A DNA stretch of 44,968 nt, taken from positions 1-44,968 of IMG/VR virus record IMGVR_UViG_3300048599_000066; one strand, written 5' to 3'. Below the pieces are notes generated by a model, which saw only the letters and a list, made by a program, of their open reading frames with translations, ran no database searches and was not told the origin of the DNA. Positions 16,268 through 26,096 of the stretch are shown here, piece after piece (position 1 is the first letter of the stretch; each line of letters begins with the position of its first letter). This stretch comes from a virus. Its lineage: Duplodnaviria > Caudoviricetes. Made by a program: the position numbers and the translations under genes.

Positions 16268-16980
16268 AGCCGTCCATTCTGATCTGCATCCCCTCGCAGG
16301 ATCAAAAGACCTACATGCACACCGCCGAGTCGGTCTATTCGCTCGGGCAATGGCTGACCAGAGAGGGGTTCAAGAACGCCCTGACGTGGTTTTCCGGTTC
16401 CGACATCGAGGAAATCCGCAATCTGTTCGTCACGGCATGGTACGACGGGCGGCCCGATTTCTCGCATCTTTTGTTCATCGATGCGGATATGGGTTTTCAC
16501 CCCGCATTGATCCGCGACATGATCCGGTTTGACAAGCCGCTGATGGGGACGCTGTACGCCAAGCGCAAGCAGCCGCCCGGCATTGTCGGGATGCTGCCCG
16601 AGGGGCACAGTTCTAAAGACGTTGTGCGGGGCTTCATGCGCTCCGATGGCGTTGGGTGCGGCGTGATGATGATTTCGCGCCCCGTCATCAAGAAGATGCT
16701 GGACGAAATCCCGCGCATTAGCAGACCGATTCAAAAGTCGCTGGCGGAAGCGGCGCCCGAAATGGGGCTGACGCGCATCATTCACGCCTTCGACAAGATC
16801 AAGAACGACGAATTTCAACTATCCGAGGACATGTCCTTTTGCCGCCGCTGGATTGCGTTGGGCGGCGAAATCTGGGCGAACGTAGCGCATCGCATCAGCC
16901 ATATCGGCACGTTCGATTACGGCATTCGGTATCAGGGCATCATGGAAGCCAGAGAAGCGGCCAATAAGGAAGCGGCATGA
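16264..16980 (+). CDS. GT-A fold glycosyltransferase
   Basis: ILICIP start, IRNLFV, HLLFIDADMGF (DxD), GCGVMMISR, LSEDMSFCRRW. Confidence 0.8.
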   Translation: MKPSILICIPSQDQKTYMHTAESVYSLGQWLTREGFKNALTWFSGSDIEEIRNLFVTAWYDGRPDFSHLLFIDADMGFHPALIRDMIRFDKPLMGTLYAKRKQPPGIVGMLPEGHSSKDVVRGFMRSDGVGCGVMMISRPVIKKMLDEIPRISRPIQKSLAEAAPEMGLTRIIHAFDKIKNDEFQLSEDMSFCRRWIALGGEIWANVAHRISHIGTFDYGIRYQGIMEAREAANKEAA

Positions 16981-17366
16981 CCACCTATACCGCAGACGAG
17001 TTTGGTACGCGCGTCCTGAAAGACCTTGGGCTGATCGGTGCCGAGGAAACGCCGACATCGGCCGATCTGGAATGGGCGAAGGAAACGGCCGCGTCTGAAA
17101 TCATGATGATGGCCGCGCTTCGCCTGCCGATCTGGAACGGGTCCGACCTCTCCATTCCGCAGGAATATCTATCAACGCTTTCGCGGCGCGTCTGTCTCGC
17201 GGTAGCGCCGTCTTTCGGGCTTACCGATCTGGCCACCGCACAGCAAGCCATGCGAGAGGCGGAACGCACGCTTGCGATCATGGCGGCGCCAATGAGCCGG
17301 GCGCCTGCGCTCAAGACCGATCTGCCGGCATGGGGCAGCACCTTTAACTTCACGACAGGTCAATGA
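16977..17366 (+). CDS. Head-tail adaptor (P22 gp4-like)
   Basis: LKDLGLIGAEETP..IPQEYL..LAVAPSFG; position before gp10. Confidence 0.7.
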   Translation: MTTYTADEFGTRVLKDLGLIGAEETPTSADLEWAKETAASEIMMMAALRLPIWNGSDLSIPQEYLSTLSRRVCLAVAPSFGLTDLATAQQAMREAERTLAIMAAPMSRAPALKTDLPAWGSTFNFTTGQ

Positions 17367-18760
17367 CCGCAGTCCCGATTGCGTTCCGTTCGAACGAGGG
17401 CAAATACAAGTTCATCGGCACGACGCAGCTTGTCAACGCCTACGCCGAGCAGATGGGATCGGACGGCAAGGGCACTCTGGCGGTGCTGCCGTGCGAGGGT
17501 TTTCTGGAAGCTTGCGATACGGAATCCGGTCCGTGTCGCGGGATGATCTTCATGGAAGATCTTGACGTGGCTTATTCGATCCATTCGTCCGGCGCCTACA
17601 AGATCGAATATAGCGGCGGGGTTTTCACGGCGGATCGCATCGGGACTATTCCGGGCGTCGATCCCGCGCAATTGTCGAGAAACCAGAAGGCCGATCCGCA
17701 AACGCTGGTACAGACGGCGGCCGGCGTGCAAGTCATCGAATCGGACGCCGTGTCCTATGTGACGGACACGGATTTGCCGGACGGGGTTGTCACGTCCGAC
17801 TATGTGTCGGGCTATTCGATCTTCGGTTATGCGGATCGGACGTTTTACAAGTCCGCGCTCAATTCCTCGAAATCCGTGGCGGCGCTGGACTTCGCGACAT
17901 TCGAGCAGCGCGCCGGCAAGCTCAAGCGGGTCAAGGAGCACGGCGGCGAACTCGTCGGCATGTGTTCGACCTGGCTGGAGTTCTGGCGCGATACCGGGGA
18001 TGCGGATTTTCCGTTCACGCCTATCGGGTGGAAGAACCGTGGGCTGAAGGCAGCCAACGCGGTTGTTTCGTCCGACAATACGATGATGTTTCCGGGCGAC
18101 GATAACAACGTCTATCGGCTCGTGAACTACGATCCGCAGATTATTTCAACGCCGGAAGTAGCGCGGCTCATTCAGGATGACGCGGCCGGCGAGGATATCA
18201 GCGGATTCGGGTTTGACCGCGAGGGCCACGCCTTCGCCTGCTTTACCGGGTCGGACTGGACGCGATGTTACGATAGCGCGACGAAGGTTTGGCACGCCCG
18301 CAAGTCCTACGGTCAGGATCGCTGGCGCGCGAATTACTCCATGCGGGCATGGGGCAAGACAATTGTCGGGGATCGTCTGTCGGGCAAGCTGTTCTATCTC
18401 GACAAGGACACGTTCACCGAGGATGGCGAGCATCTGGTCTGGCAGGTTGTAAGCCCGCCGATGCACGCATTCCCGAATGGCGGAATTGTCGATGCGCTGC
18501 ATCTCGACATTGCGACGGGCTACGGGTCATTAGGCTCGACGCCCAAGGTGATGCTGGAAACGTCAACGGACGGCGGCAACACGTTCACGCAATACCGCGA
18601 ATTGTCCTTGGGTGTTCCGGGTCAATACCAGGCAAGGGTCACGGCCCGCAGGCTTGGGAGATTCGGGCCTAGAGGCATGGTGTTCCGCGTTTCGGTTTCC
18701 GATGCGTGCGCTAGGGCGCTGGTGAATGTCGATGTCGCGGTCAGGCCGCTTAAGCGATAA
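17363..18760 (+). CDS. Packaged-DNA stabilization/tail hub protein (P22 gp10-like)
   Basis: 465 aa beta-propeller-like; EGHAF..WTRCYDSATKVWH, STDGGNTF, RLGRFG. Confidence 0.9.
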   Translation: MTAVPIAFRSNEGKYKFIGTTQLVNAYAEQMGSDGKGTLAVLPCEGFLEACDTESGPCRGMIFMEDLDVAYSIHSSGAYKIEYSGGVFTADRIGTIPGVDPAQLSRNQKADPQTLVQTAAGVQVIESDAVSYVTDTDLPDGVVTSDYVSGYSIFGYADRTFYKSALNSSKSVAALDFATFEQRAGKLKRVKEHGGELVGMCSTWLEFWRDTGDADFPFTPIGWKNRGLKAANAVVSSDNTMMFPGDDNNVYRLVNYDPQIISTPEVARLIQDDAAGEDISGFGFDREGHAFACFTGSDWTRCYDSATKVWHARKSYGQDRWRANYSMRAWGKTIVGDRLSGKLFYLDKDTFTEDGEHLVWQVVSPPMHAFPNGGIVDALHLDIATGYGSLGSTPKVMLETSTDGGNTFTQYRELSLGVPGQYQARVTARRLGRFGPRGMVFRVSVSDACARALVNVDVAVRPLKR

Positions 18761-19425
18761 TGGCCCGGTCCAAAGTCCCCACCGATCCGAATATGACGCC
18801 GGAAGTCCGGCGCTATCTGGACGACCTGTCGCGCGCAAGCGACACGCTGCAACAGGAATTGCAGGCCGCGCTTGACGCACTCCCGGACTTTGCCTCCCAA
18901 GCGGAGGCAGAGGCGGGCGCCTCGACCACGGTAATGATGAGTCCGCTGCGGACCAATCAAGCCATCAAGGTTCTGAACCCGCTTTATTTTCATCTCCATG
19001 TCCGGGATGAGAAAACATCGGGAACCGGTGGCGGCACGTTTACCAGCGGCGCGTGGCAAACAAGAACGCTGAACACGGTCGTAACGAACAGAATAACCGG
19101 GGCGTCACTAGCGTCCAATACGGTTACGCTGCCGGCCGGGCTTTATCTATGCCAAGGCTCTGCCCCCGCCTTCGATGTCGGCAAGCACAAACTGCGGCTC
19201 TGGAATGTCGATAGCAGCGCCGAGATCATGCTCGGTTCGTCCGATGTAGTGCCGGCCAGCGGCTACAACCGAAACATTATCCAAGGCGAATTCACACTCT
19301 CTGTAGAGACGGACATTCGCCTTGAACAACGCTGCCAGAACACCAAGACCACCAACGGGTTTGGCGTCAACGCCAGCCTTGGCACGGAAATCTACGCAGA
19401 CATCAGCTTCTGGAAACTGGATTAA
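18760..19425 (+). CDS. Tail needle/plug-like protein with C-terminal knob
   Basis: Helical N-terminus then beta-rich domain; gp26 position. Confidence 0.55.
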   Translation: MARSKVPTDPNMTPEVRRYLDDLSRASDTLQQELQAALDALPDFASQAEAEAGASTTVMMSPLRTNQAIKVLNPLYFHLHVRDEKTSGTGGGTFTSGAWQTRTLNTVVTNRITGASLASNTVTLPAGLYLCQGSAPAFDVGKHKLRLWNVDSSAEIMLGSSDVVPASGYNRNIIQGEFTLSVETDIRLEQRCQNTKTTNGFGVNASLGTEIYADISFWKLD

Positions 19426-19430
19426 AGAAC

Positions 19431-20171
19431 ATGGGTCTTTGGGATAGTCTAACCGGCCAGTCGTCGGCCGCCGCGTCGAACGCGGCTGCGGAGGACACAT
19501 TCCGAAAGCAGAAAAAGGCCGGCAAGGAACTCCGCGCTTACGGCAACGAATATGCCAACCAGTTTCAGGGGCTTTCCCAATTGTTCGCGCCGTTCGCGAG
19601 CGCCGGGAAAGACGCGCTGAGTATGTATCGCGCTGGGCTTGGCCTTGATGGCGGGGCGGGGACCGAAGCATTCACCGCAGCCTATCGAGGACTTCCCGGC
19701 TATCAATCGGGCCTTCAGACCGGGCAGGACGCGGCAATTGCGGGGTTGAACGCAGGCGGTCGATTGAACAGCGGCGCTGCGATGAAGGCATTGCAGCGAT
19801 ACGGCTCGAATTATGAAGATCAGCGCGTCGGGTCTTATCTGGATCGCCTGTTCGGATTGTCGAACACTGGCCAGCAGGCCACGGGGCAACAGGTCGCAAC
19901 CGCCGGTCAGGGACTACAGGGCCAGCTCGCCACGCGCACGTCATCCTATGGAGGCGATATGAACGCGGCCGGGACCATCGGTCAGGGCATGGTGGCGGGC
20001 GCACAAGCAGAACAGCAGGGCTTGACCAATCTGATGGGGACCGCTGCGGGCCTTGGCGGCATGGCGTTGGGCGGGCAGTTCGGCGGCGCGCTCGGCAGGT
20101 CGCTATTCCCGACCAGCGGAACGCCGGGCACCTTTAATTGGGGCGGGCAGACTTACCCGATGTATCGCTGA
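19431..20171 (+). CDS. DNA ejection protein (gp7-like)
   Basis: G/A/Q-rich; PGYQSGL..GRLNSGAAMKALQRYG. Confidence 0.75.
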   Translation: MGLWDSLTGQSSAAASNAAAEDTFRKQKKAGKELRAYGNEYANQFQGLSQLFAPFASAGKDALSMYRAGLGLDGGAGTEAFTAAYRGLPGYQSGLQTGQDAAIAGLNAGGRLNSGAAMKALQRYGSNYEDQRVGSYLDRLFGLSNTGQQATGQQVATAGQGLQGQLATRTSSYGGDMNAAGTIGQGMVAGAQAEQQGLTNLMGTAAGLGGMALGGQFGGALGRSLFPTSGTPGTFNWGGQTYPMYR

Positions 20172-21130
20172 TGGCGAATCCTTTCTACGTCGAACCCGCG
20201 AACCCGCTTGCGGCGCTCATGCTCGGAATGCAGGGCTATGATCGCGGGCAGAAGTACGTCAAGGACCGTCAATTGGAGGATGCGCGCAATCTCGCTGCGC
20301 AGTCCCTGTTGTCCGGCGGCGATTCAAAGTCAGCCCTCGCGCAACTGATCCGGGGCGGCGATGTCGCCAGCGCGAACGCCATCGCCAATTTCGGCAATCA
20401 AACTGCGGACCAGGCTTACAAGACCGGAATGCTTGCCGTTGCGCAGCAAAACGCAAACAGGCAGGAAATCCCGTCCGATGTTCAAAAGCTGAAGGCCGCG
20501 GGCATCGCTCCCGGCACGCCGGAAGCCGCCAAGGCCCTGTTTCCGCGCACCGATACGCCGATCAGCGCGACCGACAAGAAAGCCATTTTCGAGGCCGAGG
20601 ATTCGTTGCCGCAGATCAAGGGCACCATTGAGGCGCTGGACCGCGCGCTTGAACTCAACCGGAAGACCTATACCGGATACGGTGCCGAGTTGTTCGGTAA
20701 CATCGGAACGAAGGCGGCGGGCGCTGTAGGCATCCAGCCGTCCGAACAGGCCCGCGCGACCGCTGAATGGTCGAAGCTGATGGGGGCCGAATCCATTCAG
20801 ACGATGGCGAGTACCCTCAAGGGTGCCACGACCGATTTCGAGTTGCGCAAGTTTGTGGAAATGCTGGCCGATCCTTCCACTGACGTTTCCGTTCGCGAGA
20901 ACATCATCAAACGAATGAAGACCCTTGCCGAACGGCAGATGAATATCGCCGATGCTCGCATCAAGGATTTGCGCGGCGGAACGTATTTCAAGCCCGGCAG
21001 CAATCCAGGAACCGCAGCGCCGGCCGGCGATCCCATCTCTCTTGCTCGCGATGCCATCGCTAGGGGTGCTGATCGTAATGCGGTTATCCAGCGCCTTCAG
21101 CAAAACGGCATCAATCCGAGCGGCCTTTGA
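20171..21130 (+). CDS. DNA ejection protein (gp20-like)
   Basis: A/Q-rich helical protein in the ejection-gene position. Confidence 0.65.
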   Translation: MANPFYVEPANPLAALMLGMQGYDRGQKYVKDRQLEDARNLAAQSLLSGGDSKSALAQLIRGGDVASANAIANFGNQTADQAYKTGMLAVAQQNANRQEIPSDVQKLKAAGIAPGTPEAAKALFPRTDTPISATDKKAIFEAEDSLPQIKGTIEALDRALELNRKTYTGYGAELFGNIGTKAAGAVGIQPSEQARATAEWSKLMGAESIQTMASTLKGATTDFELRKFVEMLADPSTDVSVRENIIKRMKTLAERQMNIADARIKDLRGGTYFKPGSNPGTAAPAGDPISLARDAIARGADRNAVIQRLQQNGINPSGL

Positions 21131-23421
21131 TGTTCGATGACCTGATCCCGCAGAAATCTCCCTACGCCGACGCCATCGGCGGCATCGAGAGCGGTCGCAG
21201 GTATGATGCAATCGGGCCGCAAACCGGAAAGGGGCGGGCGCTCGGTTACTATCAGGTAATGGATTTCAATGTCGGGCCTTGGTCGAAAGAGATTCTAGGC
21301 CGTGAGGTAACGCCGGGCGAGTTCATCCGTTCGCCGGAAATTCAGGACGCCATCTTTAACGGCAAGTTCGGATCATACGTCAGCAAGTATGGCCCGGAAG
21401 GCGCCGCAAAGGCGTGGTTTGCCGGCGAAGAAGGGATGAAAAATCCCAACGCTCGCGACGTTCTCGGAACGACCGTTGCGCAGTACGCGAACAAGTTCAA
21501 CCGAGCGATGCCAAGCGAGGCAAGTTCGCAATCCAAATCGGCCGCGCCGAAGCCGGCCCTTTCGTTTGACGATTTGATCCCGCAGGTTCCGTTGCCGCAG
21601 CCAGCGCCGGAATCGCGCAACCCGGAAGGCCCGCCGGCCCCGCCCGTTAATATGGTGCAGAAGGCGCTTGAGCCGATCACAGACTACCCGGCCACTCAAT
21701 CGCAGATGGCGAACGAGTCTTACGACCAGATGGCGCGCGGTGCCGGTCAGGTTAAAGAAGCAATCGTTGGAGACTACGCGCCGGCCAAGCTTCTAAGCGG
21801 CGTCGGTAATGTTGCGCTTGGCGGCATCGGCTACGTCGCAAGCCCGATCAATGCGGCGCTGCGAACCGTTGCCGGCAAGCCCATTGAGGAAAACTTTGAC
21901 GTTCCCAAGGAACTGACCGAAACGGCCCTCGGATTTGTGTTGCCAGTTCCAGGCACCAACATGACGGCCATTCGGTCCGTTCCGAATGCTGCGCGCGAAT
22001 TGACGGCCGGCGAAAGGGTTGTGCAAGCCGGTGAGAACCTTGCCAATGTGGGGCAGGGCGGCGCCGTTAAAATCCCGCAAGCGGTCGCGTCGGACAATAT
22101 GTCCACGCAGCGCGCGGCGGCGGCTATCGGGAATATTCCGTTTTCTGGCAATCCAATTGTTCGGGCGGCTGACGATACGGTAAAATCGCTTGGCGCGAAG
22201 GCGACGGACGTTGCTGCCGAGTACGGTGCCGGCTCCAAGATGACGGCCGGCGAATCCGCTTCCGGCGGGATCGTGGACTGGATCACCAAGACCAGCAAGG
22301 AAAAGGCGTCCCGGCTTTACGATAAAGTCGATGAGCTTGTAGACGCAGACAAGCTTGTGACCCCGAAGAATACCAAGCAAGTCATTTACAACCTCACGTC
22401 CGAGGAAGTGAAAAACCTTCCCCGCGACAGGGCGCTGCAAACCATCATCGATGTTTTTCAGGGCAATGCTCGCGGCCTGACCTATGCCGACACAAAGCAG
22501 GTTCGCTCACATATCGGCAACCTGATCGATCAGGGGATCGTCCCGGAGGGTATTTCGCAGGGGACGCTAAAACGCCTATACGCCGGACTGACGAAGGACG
22601 TTGAGCGCGCCGTGCAGGAGTCGGGCGGGATGAAAGCCCACGCGGCATTTCTGCGCGCAAACCGATATTACGATCTGATTTCGGATCGCCGCGCGTCTCT
22701 CGCCAAAATCGTCGGGCGGGAGGGCGACGTTCCAGCCGAGCAAGTGTTCGACCGGCTTATCGCGATGGCTGGCAACAGTTCGCGCGCCGACATGTCGAAA
22801 CTGGCTCAAGCCAGAAAGGCAATGGGAGCCGATAACTGGAATGAGGTCGCAAGCGCATTTATCCAGCAGATGGGAAGGTTTGAGGACGCAACCGGGAATG
22901 TCGTTTTCAGCCCGCAGAGGTTTTTGACCGCATACCAAGACAAGCTCTCTCCGACTGGCAGGACCATGCTGTTCAGGTCAGCCGGCAAGGAAAGCATCGC
23001 GCCGTATCTTGATGATATCGCGACCGTCTCGACCCGGTTTCGGCAATTGCAGAAATTCGCCAACCCGAGCGGAACCGGACAGACCGTTGCGGGCACTACG
23101 GGACTTGCGGCCCTGTATGCAGAGCCGATCACGGCGATTAGTTCTGCTGTCGGAACGCGGCTTATCGCTCAGGTGCTTGCGAATCCCGCAACCGTCGCGC
23201 CGGCCGCTCAATGGACGCAGAAATATGAAATCGCCTTCAGGGCGCCGACGCCGGCAAATGTCGCGCGCCTAACGATTGCCTCGCGCAATCTTGCCAACAC
23301 CGTGAATGCCGAGTTTGGCGCGTCGGTTCAATACCAGGATTTGCTCAAGGCGATTCAGGGACCAGTAAAGGGCCGCGCCGAAGACGAACAACCAGAACCC
23401 GTAAGGGTAATCGACCAATAG
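21130..23421 (+). CDS. Large ejection protein (gp16-like) with N-terminal lysozyme/transglycosylase-like domain
   Basis: AIGGIESGRRY..ALGYYQVM..QDAIF..AAKAWFAG; long helical remainder. Confidence 0.8.
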   Translation: MFDDLIPQKSPYADAIGGIESGRRYDAIGPQTGKGRALGYYQVMDFNVGPWSKEILGREVTPGEFIRSPEIQDAIFNGKFGSYVSKYGPEGAAKAWFAGEEGMKNPNARDVLGTTVAQYANKFNRAMPSEASSQSKSAAPKPALSFDDLIPQVPLPQPAPESRNPEGPPAPPVNMVQKALEPITDYPATQSQMANESYDQMARGAGQVKEAIVGDYAPAKLLSGVGNVALGGIGYVASPINAALRTVAGKPIEENFDVPKELTETALGFVLPVPGTNMTAIRSVPNAARELTAGERVVQAGENLANVGQGGAVKIPQAVASDNMSTQRAAAAIGNIPFSGNPIVRAADDTVKSLGAKATDVAAEYGAGSKMTAGESASGGIVDWITKTSKEKASRLYDKVDELVDADKLVTPKNTKQVIYNLTSEEVKNLPRDRALQTIIDVFQGNARGLTYADTKQVRSHIGNLIDQGIVPEGISQGTLKRLYAGLTKDVERAVQESGGMKAHAAFLRANRYYDLISDRRASLAKIVGREGDVPAEQVFDRLIAMAGNSSRADMSKLAQARKAMGADNWNEVASAFIQQMGRFEDATGNVVFSPQRFLTAYQDKLSPTGRTMLFRSAGKESIAPYLDDIATVSTRFRQLQKFANPSGTGQTVAGTTGLAALYAEPITAISSAVGTRLIAQVLANPATVAPAAQWTQKYEIAFRAPTPANVARLTIASRNLANTVNAEFGASVQYQDLLKAIQGPVKGRAEDEQPEPVRVIDQ

Positions 23422-23460
23422 CCAAAGCCCGACAAGGGCGAGCGTAAATCCGAATCTCAA
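23269..23460 (-). CDS. Antisense membrane protein, candidate superinfection exclusion
   Basis: TTG start with GAGGA RBS; MRFGFTLALVGLWLLVDYPYGFWLFVFGAALYWSL, two hydrophobic segments. Confidence 0.5.
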   Translation of the reverse strand: MRFGFTLALVGLWLLVDYPYGFWLFVFGAALYWSLNRLEQILVLNRRAKLGIHGVGKIARGNR

Positions 23461-23490
23461 GGGCTGTCCTCACGGGCGGCCCTTTTTCAT
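23459..23490 (+). terminator. Intrinsic terminator after the ejection genes
   Basis: AGGGCTGTCC-TCAC-GGGCGGCCCT-TTTT. Confidence 0.75.
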
Positions 23491-23502
23491 TAAGGGCCAT
23501 CA

Positions 23503-24459
23503 ATGGCAGTCGCAGTCTATACGTCACTCCTGACGCTTGACGAAGCCCCAAGCGGGACCGTCACCGTGCAGGATGCCGGAACCACCAACAGCCGGAATAT
23601 CTATACCGATACCGGGCTGTCCGTCGCGGCCACGAACCCAATTCCGCTCGATAGCTCGGGCCGGGCCACGCAGGGCATTATATACACGGCTGCCACGGCC
23701 TACAAAGTCATTGTCAAGGATTCGGCCGGCGTAACTCTCTATACTCGCGACAATATCGACCCCGGCGTTCCCATCGGGTCCGGCACCCTTGCCATTGCCA
23801 ATGGCGGAACCGGCTCATCTACGGCGGAAGCCGCGCTTGCTGCGCTGGGCGGCGCCACCGCAGGAGAGCTTGCGGACGTTGCGGCTGACGTTGCGGCCGT
23901 CGCCGGCACTCTCGGCTCGACCGAACGAACGCACATTGCCACCGGCACCACGGCGCAGCGGCCATCCGACCCAATCGAGGGCGACATTCGCCGGAATACT
24001 AGCATCCCGCAATGGGAGGGCCACGATGGCACGGACTGGAGAACATTGCTAACCAATGTGGACATCGCCGGCCAGTCCGGGATGGAAACCCCGACCAGCA
24101 CCACGGCGCTCGTTTCCCCCGGTCGGATGCAATATCACCCCGGCGTTGCCAAGGCGGTGGCGTTCGTCACGGTGTCCGGCGGGACACCCACGCTGACATG
24201 GGGCCACAACGTCGCGTCGGTTTCTGACGGCGGTGTCGGTGTCTACACAATCAACCTGACCACGGCATTTTCCGGCACGACTTACGCAGTTATCGGCACT
24301 CCGTTTGCCACTGTTACCGGCACCCTTTTTGCCATTGAGTGCTCGGCAAAAACAACGACCAGTTTCACCATCAAAATCTACAACGCGCAAGGCTCCGCTG
24401 ACTCCGACCTCGACCCGGAAGACAATTCGTTTTCCGTCATGGCGTTCGGGGATCAGTGA
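23503..24459 (+). CDS. Tail fibre/tailspike with head-binding N-terminal domain
   Basis: AGTTNSRNIYTD..NPIPLDSSGRA..YKVIVKDSAG anchor; GTTAQRP..IRRNT and GVYTINLTT fibre motifs. Confidence 0.8.
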   Translation: MAVAVYTSLLTLDEAPSGTVTVQDAGTTNSRNIYTDTGLSVAATNPIPLDSSGRATQGIIYTAATAYKVIVKDSAGVTLYTRDNIDPGVPIGSGTLAIANGGTGSSTAEAALAALGGATAGELADVAADVAAVAGTLGSTERTHIATGTTAQRPSDPIEGDIRRNTSIPQWEGHDGTDWRTLLTNVDIAGQSGMETPTSTTALVSPGRMQYHPGVAKAVAFVTVSGGTPTLTWGHNVASVSDGGVGVYTINLTTAFSGTTYAVIGTPFATVTGTLFAIECSAKTTTSFTIKIYNAQGSADSDLDPEDNSFSVMAFGDQ

Positions 24460-24689
24460 TGCTCACCAAGGAAGAATTACAAGACCTTCACGCGAAGGTC
24501 GAGACGGCGCGTGCCGGCGGCCATGTCGTGATCGCCAAGTATTTCACGCGAGCGCCGGACGGCACGCTGACCGAACTGCCGATGGGCGGCGAGATCATTC
24601 CTGAATATGCGCCCGAATATCTGGCTGTAGCGAAGATCAAATATGCGCAGGACATCGACGCCATCGATGCGGTCAAGGGCGGCAAATAG
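24459..24689 (+). CDS. Hypothetical protein
   Basis: About 76 aa ORF coupled to the fibre gene. Confidence 0.6.
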   Translation: MLTKEELQDLHAKVETARAGGHVVIAKYFTRAPDGTLTELPMGGEIIPEYAPEYLAVAKIKYAQDIDAIDAVKGGK

Positions 24690-26096
24690 ATGGCATCGAA
24701 ATATTGCTATAGCGGTGCTGGCGGTGCCGGCACGGGTGCCGATTGGGCGAACGCCTACACGAGCCTTGTGACTGCATTCGGTGGCATCTCGGCTGGCGAC
24801 TTCGTATATCTAGCGTCCGATCACTCGCAGACGCAGGCATCGCAATATTCGCTGAACTCGCCCGGCACGGCGGCTGCCCCCTGCAAGATCATCAGCGTCA
24901 ACCGAGCTGGTTCTACTCCCCCGGTATCGGCCGATCTGACGGCGGGCGCGCAAATCCTGACGACTGGCGCCACCGGCATTGAGATTTCGGATAACGGAAG
25001 CTCGGCTTGGTGGCAGGGGATAACGTTCCAGTTCGGCAGTTCCGCTGGATATATCCAGACCGATATTTGCGTCGGCGGTCATAACGTCTTCAAAAGCTGC
25101 ACGCTCAACTTTCTCAACACGTCCGCGTCCGATGTTTCGTTCGGCGGCATGTATAACGTCACGGTCGCCGGTCGTGTCGATCTGTACGACTGCACGGTCA
25201 GGCTTGATGTTAGCGTCACCATCAATTGCGAGTGGACATGGAAGGGCGGCTCGCTCTCGGCGATGGGCGCCACCAATATGTTCACCTCGGCTGGCAGCAA
25301 GCACGCGCCCGAGGTTCTGATCGAAGGCGTGGACCTCTCGGTTGCCGGTTCGGGCAAGACACTGGTCGCGGCTGGCGCGCACGGTCATTACACGTTCCGC
25401 AATTGCCGCCTGAATGCGTCGGTGACGATGGCGGCCACGCCGACGACCCCGAGCGGTCGTGTCGACGTTCTGAACTGCAACAGCGGCACCAGCAACACGC
25501 GCAATGAGCGCTACCGCTACGAAGGCACCGAGACGACCGAGACCACCATCGTGCGCACGGGTGGCGCCACCGATGGCGCGACGCCGACGGCCCGCAAGTA
25601 TGTCACGACCGCGAACGCCAAATGGCACAAACCATTTGATGCACTCCCCATTATGGTCTGGAACGATCAGGTTGGAAGTTCGATCACGGTCACGATGTAC
25701 GGAATATGGGGCGGCGGTTCGGTCCCGAACAACGATGACATCTGGCTTGAGATCACCGCGCTGGAAAATTCCAGCTATCCGCTCGCAACAATCGAGACCA
25801 CATCAAAGGCCGATATTCTGGCAACCGGATCGGGGGTGTCGTCGGATGCCTCATCCTGGGGCGGTTCGACCACGGCATTCAAGATAACCAAATCCTTCAC
25901 GCCGCAGATCAAGGGGCCGATTCTCATTCAGCCGCGCATCGGGGCTGCTTCCGCCACGATCTATCTCGACCCGGAACCGGAAGTGACCGGCGTATCGGCG
26001 GGCAGCACTTACCCAATCGGTATTGGTTTCGTCAATCAACTGGCATCGGCGGGCGGCGGTCTCCTGCAAGGCAACCTTCGGGGTAACATGCAATGA
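24690..26096 (+). CDS. Virion fibre/receptor-binding protein (beta-helix-like)
   Basis: GAGTGADWANAYTSL..AGDFVYL N-terminus; G/S/T-rich with FxxC repeats. Confidence 0.65.
   Translation: MASKYCYSGAGGAGTGADWANAYTSLVTAFGGISAGDFVYLASDHSQTQASQYSLNSPGTAAAPCKIISVNRAGSTPPVSADLTAGAQILTTGATGIEISDNGSSAWWQGITFQFGSSAGYIQTDICVGGHNVFKSCTLNFLNTSASDVSFGGMYNVTVAGRVDLYDCTVRLDVSVTINCEWTWKGGSLSAMGATNMFTSAGSKHAPEVLIEGVDLSVAGSGKTLVAAGAHGHYTFRNCRLNASVTMAATPTTPSGRVDVLNCNSGTSNTRNERYRYEGTETTETTIVRTGGATDGATPTARKYVTTANAKWHKPFDALPIMVWNDQVGSSITVTMYGIWGGGSVPNNDDIWLEITALENSSYPLATIETTSKADILATGSGVSSDASSWGGSTTAFKITKSFTPQIKGPILIQPRIGAASATIYLDPEPEVTGVSAGSTYPIGIGFVNQLASAGGGLLQGNLRGNMQ

Noticed and set aside
15548-16980. O-antigen conversion or DNA hypermodification cassette
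   Set aside because: No TM segments or GtrA/GtrB-type partners and no base-modification genes nearby; the position in the head operon favours virion substrates, though the alternatives are not excluded
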